Shown here in pieces: positions 11,629 through 24,795 of a stretch of DNA of 64,000 nucleotides (within the stretch, counting starts at the first letter, position 1; each line of letters begins with the position of its first letter). Under the pieces are notes generated by a model. The model ran no database searches, had not been told where the DNA came from, and was given only the letters and a program-made list of their open reading frames with translations. A program made the translations under genes and the position numbers. The DNA comes from Chiloscyllium plagiosum (lineage: Eukaryota), in assembly GCF_004010195.1 (NCBI RefSeq), contig NC_057741.1, forward strand, positions 25,811,147 through 25,875,146, written 5' to 3'.

Positions 11629-14600
11629 CCTGTACAAGAAGAACGGATTGCACCTAAATTGGAAGGGGCCGAATATACTGACAGGGAGATTTGCTAGAGC
11701 TGCTCAGGAGGATTTAAACTAGTAAGGTGGGGATTGGGGGGGCAGGTGTGGGGTGGGACCCTGGGAGATAGTGAAGAAAGAGGTCAATCTGAGACTGGTA
11801 CAGTTGATAAAAGAAGCGAGTCAAACAGTAAGGGCAGGCAGGGACAAAACAGAGATAAATTAAACGGTATTTATTTCAATGCAAGAGGCCGAACAGGGAA
11901 GGCAGATGAACTGAGGGTATGGTTAGGAACATGGAACTGGGATATCATAGCAATTGCAGAAACATGGCTCAGGGATGGACAGGACTGGCAGCTTAATGTT
12001 CCAGGATACAAATGCTACAGGAAGGATAGAAAGGGAGGCAAGAGAGGAGTGGGGGGGAGGTGGCATTTTTGATAAGGGATTTCAATACAGCTGTGCTGAG
12101 GGAGGATATTCCTGGAAATACATCTAGGGAAGTTATTTGGGTGGAACTGAGAAATAAGAAAGGGATCATCACCTTATTGGGATTGTATTATAGATCCCCA
12201 ATAGTCAGCGGGAAATCTCAGCTATCTGTAAGAATAATAGGGTGGTTATAGTAGGGGATTTTAACTTTCCAAACGCAGACTGGGTCTGCCATAATGTTGA
12301 GGGTTTAGATGGAGAGGAATTTGTTAAGTGTGTACAAGACAATTTTCTGATTCAGTATGTGGATGTACCTACTAGAGAAGGTGCAAAACTTGACCTAATC
12401 TTGGGAAATAAGGCAGGGCAGGTGACTGAGGTGTCAGTGGGGGAGCACTTTGGGGCCAGCGACCATAATTCTATTCGTTTTAAAATAGTGATGGAAAAGG
12501 ATAGACCAGATCTAAAAGTTGAAGTTCTAAATTGGAGAAAGGCTAATTTTGACGGTATTAGGCAAGAATTTTTAAAAGCTGATTGGAGGCAGATGTTCAC
12601 AGGTAAAGGGACGGCTGGAAAATGGGAAGCCTTCAGAAATGAGACAACAAGAATCCAGAGAAAGTACATTCCTGTCAGGGTGAAAGGAAAGGCTGGTAGG
12701 TACAGGGAATGGTGGATGACTAAAGAAATTGAGGTTTCGGTTAAGAAAAAGAAGGAAGCATATGTCAGGTTTAGACAGGATAGATCGAGTGAATCCTTAG
12801 AAGAGTATAAAGGTATTAGGAGTATACTTACGAGGGAAATCAGGAGGGCAAAAAGGGAACATGAGATAGCTTAGGCTAATAGAATTAAGGAGAATTCAAA
12901 GGGTTTTTACAAATACATTAAGGAGAAAAGGGTAACTAGGGTGAGAATAGGGCCCCTCAAAGATCAGCAAGGCGGCCTTTGTGTGGAGCTGCAGGAGTTG
13001 GGGGAGATACTAAATGAGTATTGTGCATCAGTATTTACTGTGGAAAAGGACATGGAATATATAGAATCTACAGAGGAGGAAGTACTGAATATCTTGAAAT
13101 GCCTAAAGGTGGATAAATCCCCAGGACCTGATCAGGTGTACCCTAGGACTCTGTGGGAAGCTAGGGAAATGATGCTGGGCCTTTTGCTGAGATATTTGTA
13201 TCATCAATAGTCACACTTGAGGTGCCGGAAGACTGGAGGTTGGCTAACTTGGTGCCACAGTTTAAGAAGGGTGGTAAGGACAAGCCAGAGAACTATAGAC
13301 CAGTGAGCCTGACGTTGGTGGTGGGCAAGTTGTTGGAGGGAATCCTGAGGGACTGGGTGTTCATGTATTTGGAAAGGCAAGGACTGATTAGGAATAGTCA
13401 ACATGGCATTATGCATGGGAAATCATGTCTCACAAACTTGATTGAGTTTTTTGAAGAAGTAACAAAGAGGATTGATGAGGGCAGAGTGGCAGGTGTGATC
13501 TATATGGACTTCATTAATGAGTTCGACAAGGTTCCCCATGGGAGACTAGTTGGCAAGGTTAGATCTCATGGAATACAGGGAGAACTAGCCATTTGGATAC
13601 AGAACTGNNNNNNNNNNNNNNNNNNNNNNNNNNNNNNNNNNNNNNNNNNNNNNNNNNNNNNNNNNNNNNNNNNNNNNNNNNNNNNNNNNNNNNNNNNNNN
13701 NNNNNNNNNNNNNNNNNNNNNNNNNNNNNNNNNNNNNNNNNNNNNNNNNNNNNNNNNNNNNNNNNNNNNNNNNNNNNNNNNNNNNNNNNNNNNNNNNNNN
13801 NNNNNNNNNNNNNNNNNNNNNNNNNNNNNNNNNNNNNNNNNNNNNNNNNNNNNNNNNNNNNNNNNNNNNNNNNNNNNNNNNNNNNNNNNNNNNNNNNNNN
13901 NNNNNNNNNNNNNNNNNNNNNNNNNNNNNNNNNNNNNNNNNNNNNNNNNNNNNNNNNNNNNNNNNNNNNNNNNNNNNNNNNNNNNNNNNNNNNNNNNNNN
14001 NNNNNNNNNNNNNNNNNNNNNNNNNNNNNNNNNNNNNNNNNNNNNNNNNNNNNNNNNNNNNNNNNNNNNNNNNNNNNNNNNNNNNNNNNNNNNNNNNNNN
14101 NNNNNNNNNNNNNNNNNNNNNNNNNNNNNNNNNNNNNNNNNNNNNNNNNNNNNNNNNNNNNNNNNNNNNNNNNNNNNNNNNNNNNNNNNNNNNNNNNNNN
14201 NNNNNNNNNNNNNNNNNNNNNNNNNNNNNNNNNNNNNNNNNNNNNNNNNNNNNNNNNNNNNNNNNNNNNNNNNNNNNNNNNNNNNNNNNNNNNNNNNNNN
14301 NNNNNNNNNNNNNNNNNNNNNNNNNNNNNNNNNNNNNNNNNNNNNNNNNNNNNNNNNNNNNNNNNNNNNNNNNNNNNNNNNNNNNNNNNNNNNNNNNNNN
14401 NNNNNNNNNNNNNNNNNNNNNNNTATAGGGAGATGCTGAACAGGCTGGGTCTGCTTTCCCTGGAGCGTCGGAGGCTGAGGGGTGACCTTAAAGAGGTTTG
14501 TAAAATCTAGAGGGGCATGGAGGGATAAATAGACAAAGTCATTTCCCTGGGGTGGGGAGTCCATAACTTGAGGGCAAAGGTTTAATGTGAGAGGGAAAAG

Positions 14601-14856
14601 ATATAAAAGAGACCTAAGGGGCAATTTTTTCACGCAGAGGATGGTAGGTGTATGAAATGAGCTGCCAGAGGAAATTGTGGAGGCTAGTACAATTGCAACA
14701 TTTAAAAGGCATGTGGTTGGGAATAGGAAGGGTTTGGAGGGATATGGGCCGGGTGCTGGCAGGTGGGACTACATTGGGTTGGCATATCTAGTCAGCATAG
14801 ACGGGTTGGACCAAAGAGTCTGTTTCCATGCTGTACATCTCTATGACTCTGTGACT
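11629..14856 (+). mobile_element. CR1/HER1-type LINE (end of ORF1, APE endonuclease plus RT ORF2), degraded, contains an assembly gap
   Basis: Motifs IYFNARG, IIAIAETWL, VGDFNFP, LDLIL, SDHN, KSPGPD, NYRPVSLT, QHGIMHGKSCLTNLIEFF and FDKVPH; tail ctatgactctgtgact. Confidence 0.92.
13608..14423. other. Assembly gap (816 N)
   Basis: Run of N inside the CR1 ORF2. Confidence 1.
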
Positions 14857-15723
14857 GTAAATAAAGTTGTTAATTTTTACTTTAAATCGTTTTTGGCCTC
14901 TCAAATTTTAACAGATTACCACATGGGGTAAATCTTTTCTCCTTTACAGGTTTAAATTAGCAGGGGGATTTATCGCGAATCGTAACAATGCAATACACAA
15001 TGTAAGATCACCTTCAATGTTTTTCTATTTTAAAACCAGTAAATACATATACTGAACTATGAAGAAGTGATATTTGGATATTTTATTTCTCCTTTAATGC
15101 GGTGTAAGTGTTGCTGAAAAGTTTCTTTTATTCTTTCCTAGAAGGCCTCAGCTGTTGGCAAGGACAGTATTTGTTACCAGTCCCTAAATTGCCCTTGAAC
15201 TGGAAAGAGTTGGCTTTGTAGAGAACTTGCTAGACCATTTCAGAGGGCAGTTAAGAGTCATCCACGTTGCTGTGCTTTTGGAATCAGATGTAGACCAGAT
15301 TGGGTAAGGATCCCTGCCTAAAGGACATTTGTGAACCAGATGAGAATTTACAATAATTGATGGTATTTTTGTGGAACCTTTACGAATGGTCGTCCTCAGT
15401 CATCCTTTTAATCTTTGCACTTGTATTTTATCTTCTAAGTTTGGTGGTATTGTATTTGGGATCATATTTTTCAGTCCAGCTCTCCATTCCAAATTGTATG
15501 AGATTACTTGTGCCGTATTTGAAATGAGTTTGTTTCATTTTCTAAGCTCTTTCAGGTTTCTGTTTTTAACATCTGAAATGAACTGCAGCTTTTCAATTCC
15601 AAGTGCACATTATTTTAAATGTTTCTGCCTAGCTTTTGGAATGCTACACATTTTTTAAAGTAACTGGGTGGTGTGCTTTAAGTGGAATAGGGTGCACAAT
15701 TGATTTTCAAAAAACAAAAAAGT

Positions 15724-16030
15724 GGGACAGCACAGTCGCTCAGTGGTTAGCACTGCTGCCTAGTGCTAGTGCCAGGGATCTGAGTTCGATTCAAGCCTTG
15801 GGTGACTGTCTATATGGAATTTGCATATTCTCCCCACGTCTGTGTGGGTTTCCTCCCGCAGTCCAAATTCTGCAGGTTACATGGATTGGCCAAAGTTGCC
15901 TTTGTGTCCAAGGATGTGCAGGTTAGGTGGGTTAGCCATTGGAAATGCAGGTAACAACTCGGATGGGGTGTTATTTGGAGTGGCGGTGTGGACTCAATGG
16001 GCTGAATGGTCAGCTACCATACTGTAGGCG
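15724..16030 (+). mobile_element. HE1-like V-SINE
   Basis: Head gctcagtggttagcactgctgcc, V-domain and CR1-like tail. Confidence 0.8.
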
Positions 16031-16144
16031 TTCTTCTTTTTAAAAATCTGTGAAAGTTCTTCAATGTCTATCATTGTGTGCAGAAATTACATTTGCTGAT
16101 TGTTTAGGTGTCAAAAGCAGCAACTCTACGTTTTCTCATTCATC

Positions 16145-17470
16145 TTACGTCAGTGGTGGGCAAAGTACTGGAGAGGATTCTGAGACACAGGATTTATGAT
16201 TATTTGGATTACTCAAAATCTCCAATAGTTTGATTGGAGATAGTCAGTATTGCTTTGTGAGGGGCAGGTCAGGACTCACAAAACTTATTGAATTCTTCTA
16301 GGATGTGACAAAACACGCTGATGAAGGTAGAGCAGTGGATGGGTGCACATGGACTTTTGCAAGGAGTTCGATAAGGTTCCCCATGATAGGCTCATTCAGA
16401 AAGTAAGGAGGCAGGGGATACAGGAAAATCTGGCTGTCTGGATACAGAATTGGCCGGCCCATAGAAGAGGGTGGTGGTATATGGAAAATATTCAGCCTGG
16501 GGCTTGGTGACCAGTGGTGTTCCACAGGGATCTGTTCTGGGACCTCTGCTCTTTGTGATTTTTATAAATGACTTGGATGAGGAAGTGGAAAGGTGGGTTA
16601 GTAAGTTTGCCGCTGACACGAAGGCTGGTGGAGTTGTGGATAGTGTGGAAGGCTGTTGGAGGTTGCAATGAGACATTGACAGGATGCAGCATTGTGCTGA
16701 GAAGTGGCAGATGGAATTCAACCTGGAAAAGCATGAAGTCATTCACTTTGGAAGGCGGAATTTGAATGCTGAATACAGGGTTGTAGGCAGGATTCTTGGC
16801 AGTGTGGAGGAGCAGAGGGATCTTGGGGTCCAAATCCAAAAGATCCCTCAACATTGCCACACAGGTTGATAGGGTTGTTAAGAAGGCGTGTGGTGTGTTG
16901 GCTTTCATTAGCAGGGGAATTGAGTTTAAGAGCCGCAAGGCTACACTGCAGCTTTACAGACCCCTGGTTCGACCACACTTGGAATATTGTGTCCAGTTCT
17001 GGTTGCCTCATTATAGGAAAGATGTGGTAGTTTTAGAGAGGATGCAGAAGAGATTTACTAGGATGCTGTCTGGACTGGAGGACATGTCTTATGAAGAAAG
17101 GTTGAGGGAGCCAGGGCTTTTCTCATTGGAGCGAAGAAGGATTTGATAGAGGTGTACATGATGTTGAGAGGCATAGATAGAGTAGATAGGCCATTGTGGA
17201 AATGTCTATCATGAGGGGGCATAATTTTAAGGTAATTGGAGGAAGGTTTAGGGGAGATGTCAGAAGTAGGTTCTTTACACAGAGAGTGGTGGATGTGTGG
17301 AGTGCACTGCCAGCAGTGTGAGTACAGTCGGATACATTAGGGACATTTAAGCGACTCTTGGATAGGCACATGGAAGATAGTACAATGAAGGGCATGTAGG
17401 TTAGTTTGACCTTAGAGTAAGATAAAAGGCTGGCACAACATCGAGGACTGAAGGGCCTGTACTGTTCTAT
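16145..17470 (+). mobile_element. CR1-type LINE, 3' half of RT and tail
   Basis: [29 protein letters not shown] and LYRPLVRPHLEYCVQFW; tail ctgtactgttctatgg. Confidence 0.92.
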
Positions 17471-17829
17471 GGTTTTTTCGTTCCCAGCCAGTCGACACAC
17501 TTCTTCCTCAGGTTATAGCTCAGTCTAAAGATGTTACAGATTATTAAGCTCCCATTTTGAGATCCCAGAAAATATGAGATTCTGCAAGCTTAAGGTTAGG
17601 ATACAGCTGTGCACAAATTAAATACAAGCTCCACACCAGGCTGAAGTGGATAACTATGCCCAGAAAGCTGATGCATATGTGACTTACAGATTGCAAATGC
17701 TGCCACGGCAGTAACTCTTTCAGGGCTGCAGTTCACTGAGGAGTAACAGCAACTTCTACCTTACTGCGCCTTTATGAAAATAATTATAGACAAATTTCAA
17801 CATATTTAATTAATAGTAAATCAACAGTA

Positions 17830-19860
17830 AATATCTGCAGGGCATTTGTTGCTGTATTCTATTATGAAATTATTGTTCTTAATAGTATTTTTACATGGTG
17901 CAATACATTGTATTTGTCATTGCTTCCAATGTGTTGTCCTGGGTTAGGCTGAGTAGGATAATTCAAAATCACCAATCCATCTTTGTCCATCGTGTGTTTA
18001 GGGCCTGCCCAGTTCACATTGGTAAAGGATAAACCACTGTATGTTTTACAGAGGGAGTATTTATCTTTGTTTACAAGATGGTCTATTGCATAATAGCAAA
18101 GCAAACAGGATTACATTACTAGTCAGGTGTTCAGGTATAAGTGGGAGTTTGCCTCCAAAAGGGGAGATTGCCCAATATGGTAGAGCCTTTATTATCTCTT
18201 GTGACATAAAATCTAATAGGCATTTATTCAACTGACCATTATCACAAACATTACATTCATCAGGCACATGGGCTAATATATTATGATATAGGATCATTAT
18301 CATTCAAGATAATGTGGATACGAGACCTTCATACCCTCAGGACATATGCTCGATACAGTCATGATAGTTTCATCATGTCTCCCATATTGATCATGGGATA
18401 TAACACATCTCTTTTTTCTCAAAGATAAAAACTTATCCCAAGTTTTCATCCATTGTTGCACATAGGCCAATGTTATAAAATTTGATAATTTTTAGGTAAG
18501 TAAAGTTGACGTAGTCCCACTGGACCATAGAGCTGCTCTCTCATTAGGGAGAGAGATACAGAGAGAGATGACTAGTGCTGGTTTGACCTGAGGGTCCCCT
18601 TGCCTAAGTGCAGGGGAAATATTGAGAAGGAGAATCCTTCATGGGTAACTTCAGCTCGTACAGGAATTGAACCTGTGAGGCTGGCATCACTCCACATTGC
18701 AAACCAGCTGTCAAGCCAACTGAAACAGGTACAACAGTGTTGACAAGACTAACATTTCAAACTACACTGTAATGCTTTGGAAGTTTGACAACTCAAGGGA
18801 ACTGTACACAATACATCTGCTCCCTACTGGTATTAAACTAACTGTTCATGCCCAAAAACTGTGTGTGATACCATTAACTTGGGGGGAGTTATTGTAATTT
18901 CAGCATTAAGTCTTCCAGAACCATTACCTTATACAATGTAGTCCATGCCAATAATATGGCCTTAAACAGGTCAATACTGAATTGACTAGATGTAATCCAG
19001 AATCAGAAGCTCTTTAGTTTAAATCATTGTCTTTCATTGTTCCTTTTACCTTTTAATCCTACAATTTGTTCCCTGCCAAAGTGATACTACTCCACTAGTC
19101 CAAATTTGTTTTCATATTTCTCTAAATTTCTTCAGAACACTTACTTTGTTGACCTCTATATGTATTCTAAATTCATAGTCAAACAATTATCTTGATCTGG
19201 AAATTGATCACTCTTCAATCATGCAAATTGAATTGGAGAAAATAATTTCACACCCATCATTTCCCAAGTTTTCTATAATAAATTTGTTCAAATTACCCAT
19301 AAAAAGACAAATCTGAACTTCAACATTTCATCTGAGAGGAGCATCTATCTATTTAATATAGTCATTGATATGCTATGGCACTGAACACAATGAGTAAGAG
19401 AACATGATTTCTTGTTTGCCCTTCGCTATGGTTTGCTTTATATCCTTCATTTGTATATATACCTCTCTCTTTCTCCTTTTCTCTAAAATGATCTCCTCCT
19501 TGGTCTTCTCACTTCTGTGTTGTTCTGTCATTATCATCCTTCCTTCCTTTTGACTGAGAGCTGATGCATGGTATTTGGCATGATAGGAAAAGGAACAACC
19601 AGCAACCGGAGATTATATCTTTGACAAGAGCCTGGGAGAATATTTGAGCTTCAGCTGCTCCACGGCCATCTCTCTCCCAATAATGTGCCTCTCCCTTTGC
19701 CTACACATCCCTTTTCCTACTGAAATTTTATTCCCAACATTAACCCAAACAGATCTACTTTGAATTACCTGTTCAACCCTTTTATACCATTCTCCTTGTT
19801 GTCTGTTATTTTACTTACCTTTATTCATCCATCTTATGCCTCCTTTCCTTCATGATGAGA
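17830..19860 (-). pseudogene. Candidate degraded foamy-virus-like endogenous retrovirus (gag-, protease- and env-like remnants)
   Basis: On the minus strand: a Gly/Arg patch followed by RYNLR (19620-19606); IVGLKG...HIIGMDYI (~19070-18935); then FITLAYVQQW...RKKR (18419-18408)...SICPEG..YPH...LLDFMSQEIIKAL...LPL...FA/CYY, resembling the spumavirus Env LP-SU N-terminus. Recognised by eye only. Confidence 0.4.
18510..18725 (-). mobile_element. tRNA-derived SINE inserted between the protease-like and env-like remnants
   Basis: Reverse strand reads tcagttggcttgacagctggtttgcaat...ggttcaattcctg (A and B boxes). A related copy lies at ~27870-28060 (+). Confidence 0.6.
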
Positions 19861-21819
19861 GACCTTGTGAAACACTCTTCTAATTCCCGTTCCTTCCCAT
19901 TCAACCCTCATGTGCTCATCAAGCTTTTATTTGCTTTCAGAGTACAATTTCTAAAACAAAATCAGAAGAAAATGAGGAAAATTGCTGCATGTCTATCTCC
20001 CTTTATCTTTATATATTAAAATCTCTCAACTAGCTAATAGGTGCTAAACCATTAGTAACATCTTTATCAGATTCACAACAAACCATAAATCAGGTTATTG
20101 GTTGGATTCAAATGCAAATGCTTTTGAAAAAATACTGCAGAAAACTTTCTCTGCATATCTTCTCTCTGACCCCAGGGTATGTCTTGCTTTTACTTCTGAT
20201 GCTTATAGTACACAAATGAACAGAGTGCAATGAGAAGTTATTTTCATTCACACAATCTCCAATTTAAAAAGCTCAGGGTGAATTTTATCAGCTGGCATCT
20301 AAAAGTTGTTGTCCTGATTTTTCTTCTCATTCTGATCAGTTTGTGCAGAAATAGCTTGAAGCTGAAAAATAAGAATTCCTCAGTATAGCTGACTTAACAA
20401 TATCAGTGTTTCTTGAGAAATTGTGCACAATGCCAAAGTCAGCTAACAACAGCACAATTCCGGGCATAAATAACAATGCATTTTCATCCAGCATTTTTTC
20501 TCTTTCAATTGAAATATTCAAAACAAGAAGTTAGCAAAATATAATATTTTTAAAGAAAAGTTTCCTCATAGCTGGGTAAAGTTGATCTGCTGACATATGA
20601 ATCTTAATGCTTTTTAAAAGATTATTTTATATTGACTCAGACTGCAGAAAAAACCTGGATTTTAAGAGGAAAAGTTGCCAGATTTTCTATAGAGCTGTAT
20701 ATTGACCTGCATGGGGAGAAAAAGGTTAATAATCGAATTTCTTTATATTTTGGAACAACGAGCTTTCCAATATAAACAGGATGCCTTTGAAGTATTATGA
20801 GAGGAAAGCTTGGCTTGTCTCATGCTTTTACAGTCCAATATTATATACGGGAAATGCTTGTGTAAAGGAGTAAGCAACAGTAATGAGGTCCGGCATGAGT
20901 GATTATGGTCTATCTTTAGGGATAGTGTCATAAAAATAGATAGAGATCCATTAACAAACTATAGAAAGTTAGTAGTTAATAAAGTCTGTTCTTCAAAAAG
21001 GCTAAGTTCAGATTAAGATCAGGAAGACTTGTTTGAGGGAAGTATCTTTAGCTGAAGCAACTTACTCGAGCAGACCACCTTCATAGGATTTTGGAATATA
21101 TAAGTAGGGATTTTTTATTTAAAGTTTTGGAGGAATTTGTGTAAGAGAGCAGTGTTTTCACCAGTCCTTCAGAGGGCTTACAATATAGGGCTAGAATTTC
21201 ATCAGCCAAACCAGATGCGACTAAAATCTATTCCATATACAGTACTCCATCATAAAGTGTGTCATGTTTACTTGAAGCATGTTGCTGTGAAAGAAGGAGG
21301 TTGAATATAAACTCATGTTCTCCTGCGTATTTCTACTCAGTGATTCTCAAATGTTTTCTCCAGCCTCATCGCAAAAGCAATACTACTCCAAATCTTGTGT
21401 ACTTTCAATTCTTAATGGTCCAACACGGGTGGCTGTGTCTTCAGTTGCCTCAGCTCCAAGCTCTAGAATTCTCTCCATAAACCCTTCCATCTTAATTATT
21501 CTTCAAAAGTTATGTCTTTGGATCATATATTTTAATGTCTGCTTATAAAACCGTGTCAAATATTAAATTATAGTTCATTTCTCAAGTGATTTGGAATGTT
21601 TTATAATCTTCAAATGCAATTTGTTTTATCATGTGTTTATTCTCTTGCTTGTTAGTGTGAGGTAGATAAGCAGAAGGCTGGAAGAACACAGCAAGCCAGG
21701 CAGCATCAGGAGGTGGAGAAGTCAACCTTTTGGGTGTAACCCTTCTTAAGGACTTGGAAGTGGGGGTGAGGGGAGTTACAGATAGAAGGGTGGAGCGAAG
21801 GCCACCTTGCACGTTGACC

Positions 21820-22610
21820 AGGAAGCAATTCCATGATTCTGCAAGGCCGCCCCAGTGCCAGTTGCCTTACAGGCAAAAGTAGAGGCAGAAACCAGGACAC
21901 TGGAGACCAAAGGAATCACCAAATCAGTCCAGCTTGCAGCATGGACAGCACCGGTCATACTGACTGTGAAGCCAATGGGTCGGTTCGCCTTTGTGGGGAT
22001 TTCAAACAAACAATAAACTGCTTCTCACAGCTGGATACATACCCAATCCTTCACATAGAGGACTTATACGCAAAGCTGGCAGGGGAGGTGCTGTCCTACA
22101 AAAAACTGAGCACGAGCCATGCGTACCTGCAAATGCAGTTAGGTAAGGATTCCCAGAAGTATGCTACAATTAATACCCATAAGGGCTTATACTTACATAC
22201 AAGACTGCATTTGAGATAGCCTGTGCAATGTTTCAGCAGACAATGGAGAACATTTACAGGGTCTATCCCAGGTCACCATTTATCTGGATAACATTCTGAT
22301 AACAGAGAGGACAAATAAGGAGCACCTAGAGAACTTGGAGACAGGCCTTAGACACTTCCCCAAGGTGGGCGTTTGCCTTAGGAGGGACAAATGTATATTC
22401 TAGACACCCCAAGTGACCTACTTGGGCTTTAGAGTCGACAAGACCGGGTTACTTCCATTCAAAGATAAAGTGAGGGCGATCAAAGGTGCCCCAGCTCCCA
22501 CATCTGTACCCGAGCTGTGGTCTTTCCTTGATCTGGTGAATTTTTATGGAAAGTTCACACATAACCTGGTATCCATCCTGGCACCTTACATCAATGCCTA
22601 AAAAAGTTTC
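21820..22610 (+). mobile_element. Gypsy/Ty3 pol (RT) fragment
   Basis: GSVRLCGDFKQTIN, YPILHIEDL, AYLQM, TINTHKGLY, YLDNILI, YLGFRV and WSFLDLVNFYGKF. Confidence 0.88.
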
Positions 22611-23219
22611 AACTGTATATTTACTTTGGGATGTCTAATGGAATAGTGGAGCTTTATTAACAGTGTGTTTCTGCCATTGGATATGTAACATTAGTTTCTA
22701 GTAAAACAGGCTTGAAATGGATACTGATAGTATATAGGATGAGGCTCAGTATGCTCTAACAAGTCTCCTGGCTCCCCATGTGTAAGGCATAAGTGACGAA
22801 GGTAATGGAATACCGGCCTGGATGCATGCAGGTCCAACTACACTGAAGATGCTTGAAATCATTCAGGACAAAGCAGCCCTGTTGCCTGGTGGAAGGCGAT
22901 GAATATCAGTATGTTTGGAGATGACACTGAGCAGACAGAGCAGTCTGAAGATTCACTTGTTGTACTATGTTTTGCAGATGTTGGAGCCTTTGAGAAGACC
23001 TTATCATAATTAGGCAAACCATACCTTCCACAAACACCTTAACCATCACCTTCACCTCAAAAACGCCACCACTCGAAATATGCAGCTCTTACCATCGGCC
23101 ATCTCATTCCAATTGTCATCCAATACAATATGGAATCACTTACAATTTCAGCACTAAAGAAGGTGCTAGGTTATTGCTAGAACAATTTAAACTAATCCCA
23201 CTGTACTACGCTCACTGTA

Positions 23220-23595
23220 GAGTCACAGAATCATACAGCACAGAAATAGACCCTTCGGTCCAGCAGGTCCATGCCAGACATAATCCCAAATTAAACTAGT
23301 CCTACATGCCTGCTCCTGACCCATATCCCTTCAAGTTTTTCCCTTCATGTACTTATCTAAGTGTTTTCTAAACATTATAACTATACCCGCATCTGCCACT
23401 TCCCCAGGAAGTTCATTCCACACGTGAACCACCCTCTATGTGAAACATTAACCCTCATACCTTTTATTTAAATCTCTCTCCTCTCACCTTAAAAACATAC
23501 CCCCGAGTCTTGAAATCCCCCATCCACTACCATTAACCTTATCTATACAGCTCATGGTTTTATACAGCTCTTAACCACCTACGCCCCAGTGAAAA
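23220..23595 (-). mobile_element. CR1 3' end
   Basis: Reverse CR1 tail (agagtcacagaatcatacagcacagaaatagacccttcggtcc). Confidence 0.75.
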
Positions 23596-24289
23596 GAGCC
23601 CACTTAAGTTTGGGTTTGCAACTGCTTCTGTTAAAAGTATTTACCAAACCTTTCCTGAAAAAATGGCTTTCTCCCTCTTAATCATTTTATATTATAAAGT
23701 ATCCTGTGCTCCATCAATCCTTTATGCAGGAAAAGGTCTCCTAATATTTGTCAGTTTTGTTCATAGTTTTAAATTAATAGCTTCTTTGACGCACACCCTA
23801 AAGAATAGTTTTCCCATTCCCATTTTTAAAGGTAGTTTTTGAACTTCAAATATTTCTATTAAACCTAGAATTGACATTCTTCACTATAGTAATCAAAACT
23901 AACATTGCTAGCACAATTCTGATAAGTTGATACTGTGTGCTCTCTATCATATTAATGCATTTCCATAAAGAAGATTGCAAAAGACCATACAGAAAAACCA
24001 AACACCTTGAGATGCTATAACCACTTTTTTGACATAAATTTAAAATTACTTTGTTTATTCTGTGACATGAGGTGCTACTTATAAAATAACAACAATGAAA
24101 GATTTCACCCTTGATAGTAATGTCACCAGACTCATAATCCAAAGGTAATTTCAAAATATACATTGACATGTGATGGAATTTAAATTTAATGAATTAATGA
24201 TCCTAGAATTGAAAGCAAGTCTCAGAAATGGTGGCCATCATAAATTGTTTAATCTGGCCCACTTAGCATCCTTCAGGAAGTCTTGTTTC

Positions 24290-24795
24290 TGTCCTATAGG
24301 AAGGAAGTTGTGAAACTTGGAAGAGTTTAGAAAAGATTTCCAAGGATGCTGCCAGGGTTGGAAGGTCTAAGCTATATGGAGAGGCTGAATAGGTTGGGGC
24401 TATTTTCCCTGGAGGGTATGAGGTGACCTTATGGAGGTTTATAATATTATGAGGGATATGGATAGGGTCCATAGGCAAGGTCTTTTCCCTGGGGTAGGGG
24501 AGTCTAAAACTAGGGGGCATAGGTTTAAGGTGAGATATAAGATGGACCTAAGGGGCATTTCACGCAGAGGATGGTACGTGTATGGATTGAGCTGCCAGAT
24601 GAAGTGGAGGTGACTGGGACAATTACAACATTTAAAAGACATCACGATTGATATATGAATAGGAAGGGTTTAGAGGGATATGGGCTAAATGATGGTAAAT
24701 GGGATTAGATTTATATAAGATATCTAAGTGGCATGGACAAGTTGGACTGAAAGGTCTGTTTCTGTGCTGCATATCTCTATGACTCCATGACTCTA
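24290..24795 (+). mobile_element. CR1 3' end inserted into a tRNA-derived SINE (~24100-24280 and 24796-24950)
   Basis: VGESKTRGHRFKV motif and tail ctatgactccatgactct; the SINE sequence resumes on either side. Confidence 0.8.

Larger units (their letters stand above)
11108..14987 (+). mobile_element. Solo LTR split by a CR1 (11108-11628 and ~14857-14987)
   Basis: Termini TGTTATGA...TCGTAACA form an inverted TG..CA pair. An AATAAA lies at the right CR1 junction. Flanks acac/atgc fit a CpG-decayed 4-bp TSD (acgc). Confidence 0.65.

Noticed and set aside
13222-14633. Long ORFs of 305-405 aa
   Set aside because: Artefacts of translating through the 816-N gap inside a CR1.
15390-15600. Minus-strand coding-like stretch downstream of the candidate env
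   Set aside because: Contains stops and no motif that ties it to the provirus.
22896-22950. Box C/D snoRNA-like pattern (gcGATGA...CTGA)
   Set aside because: Box C is non-canonical, there is no convincing terminal stem, no recognisable rRNA guide and no host intron.
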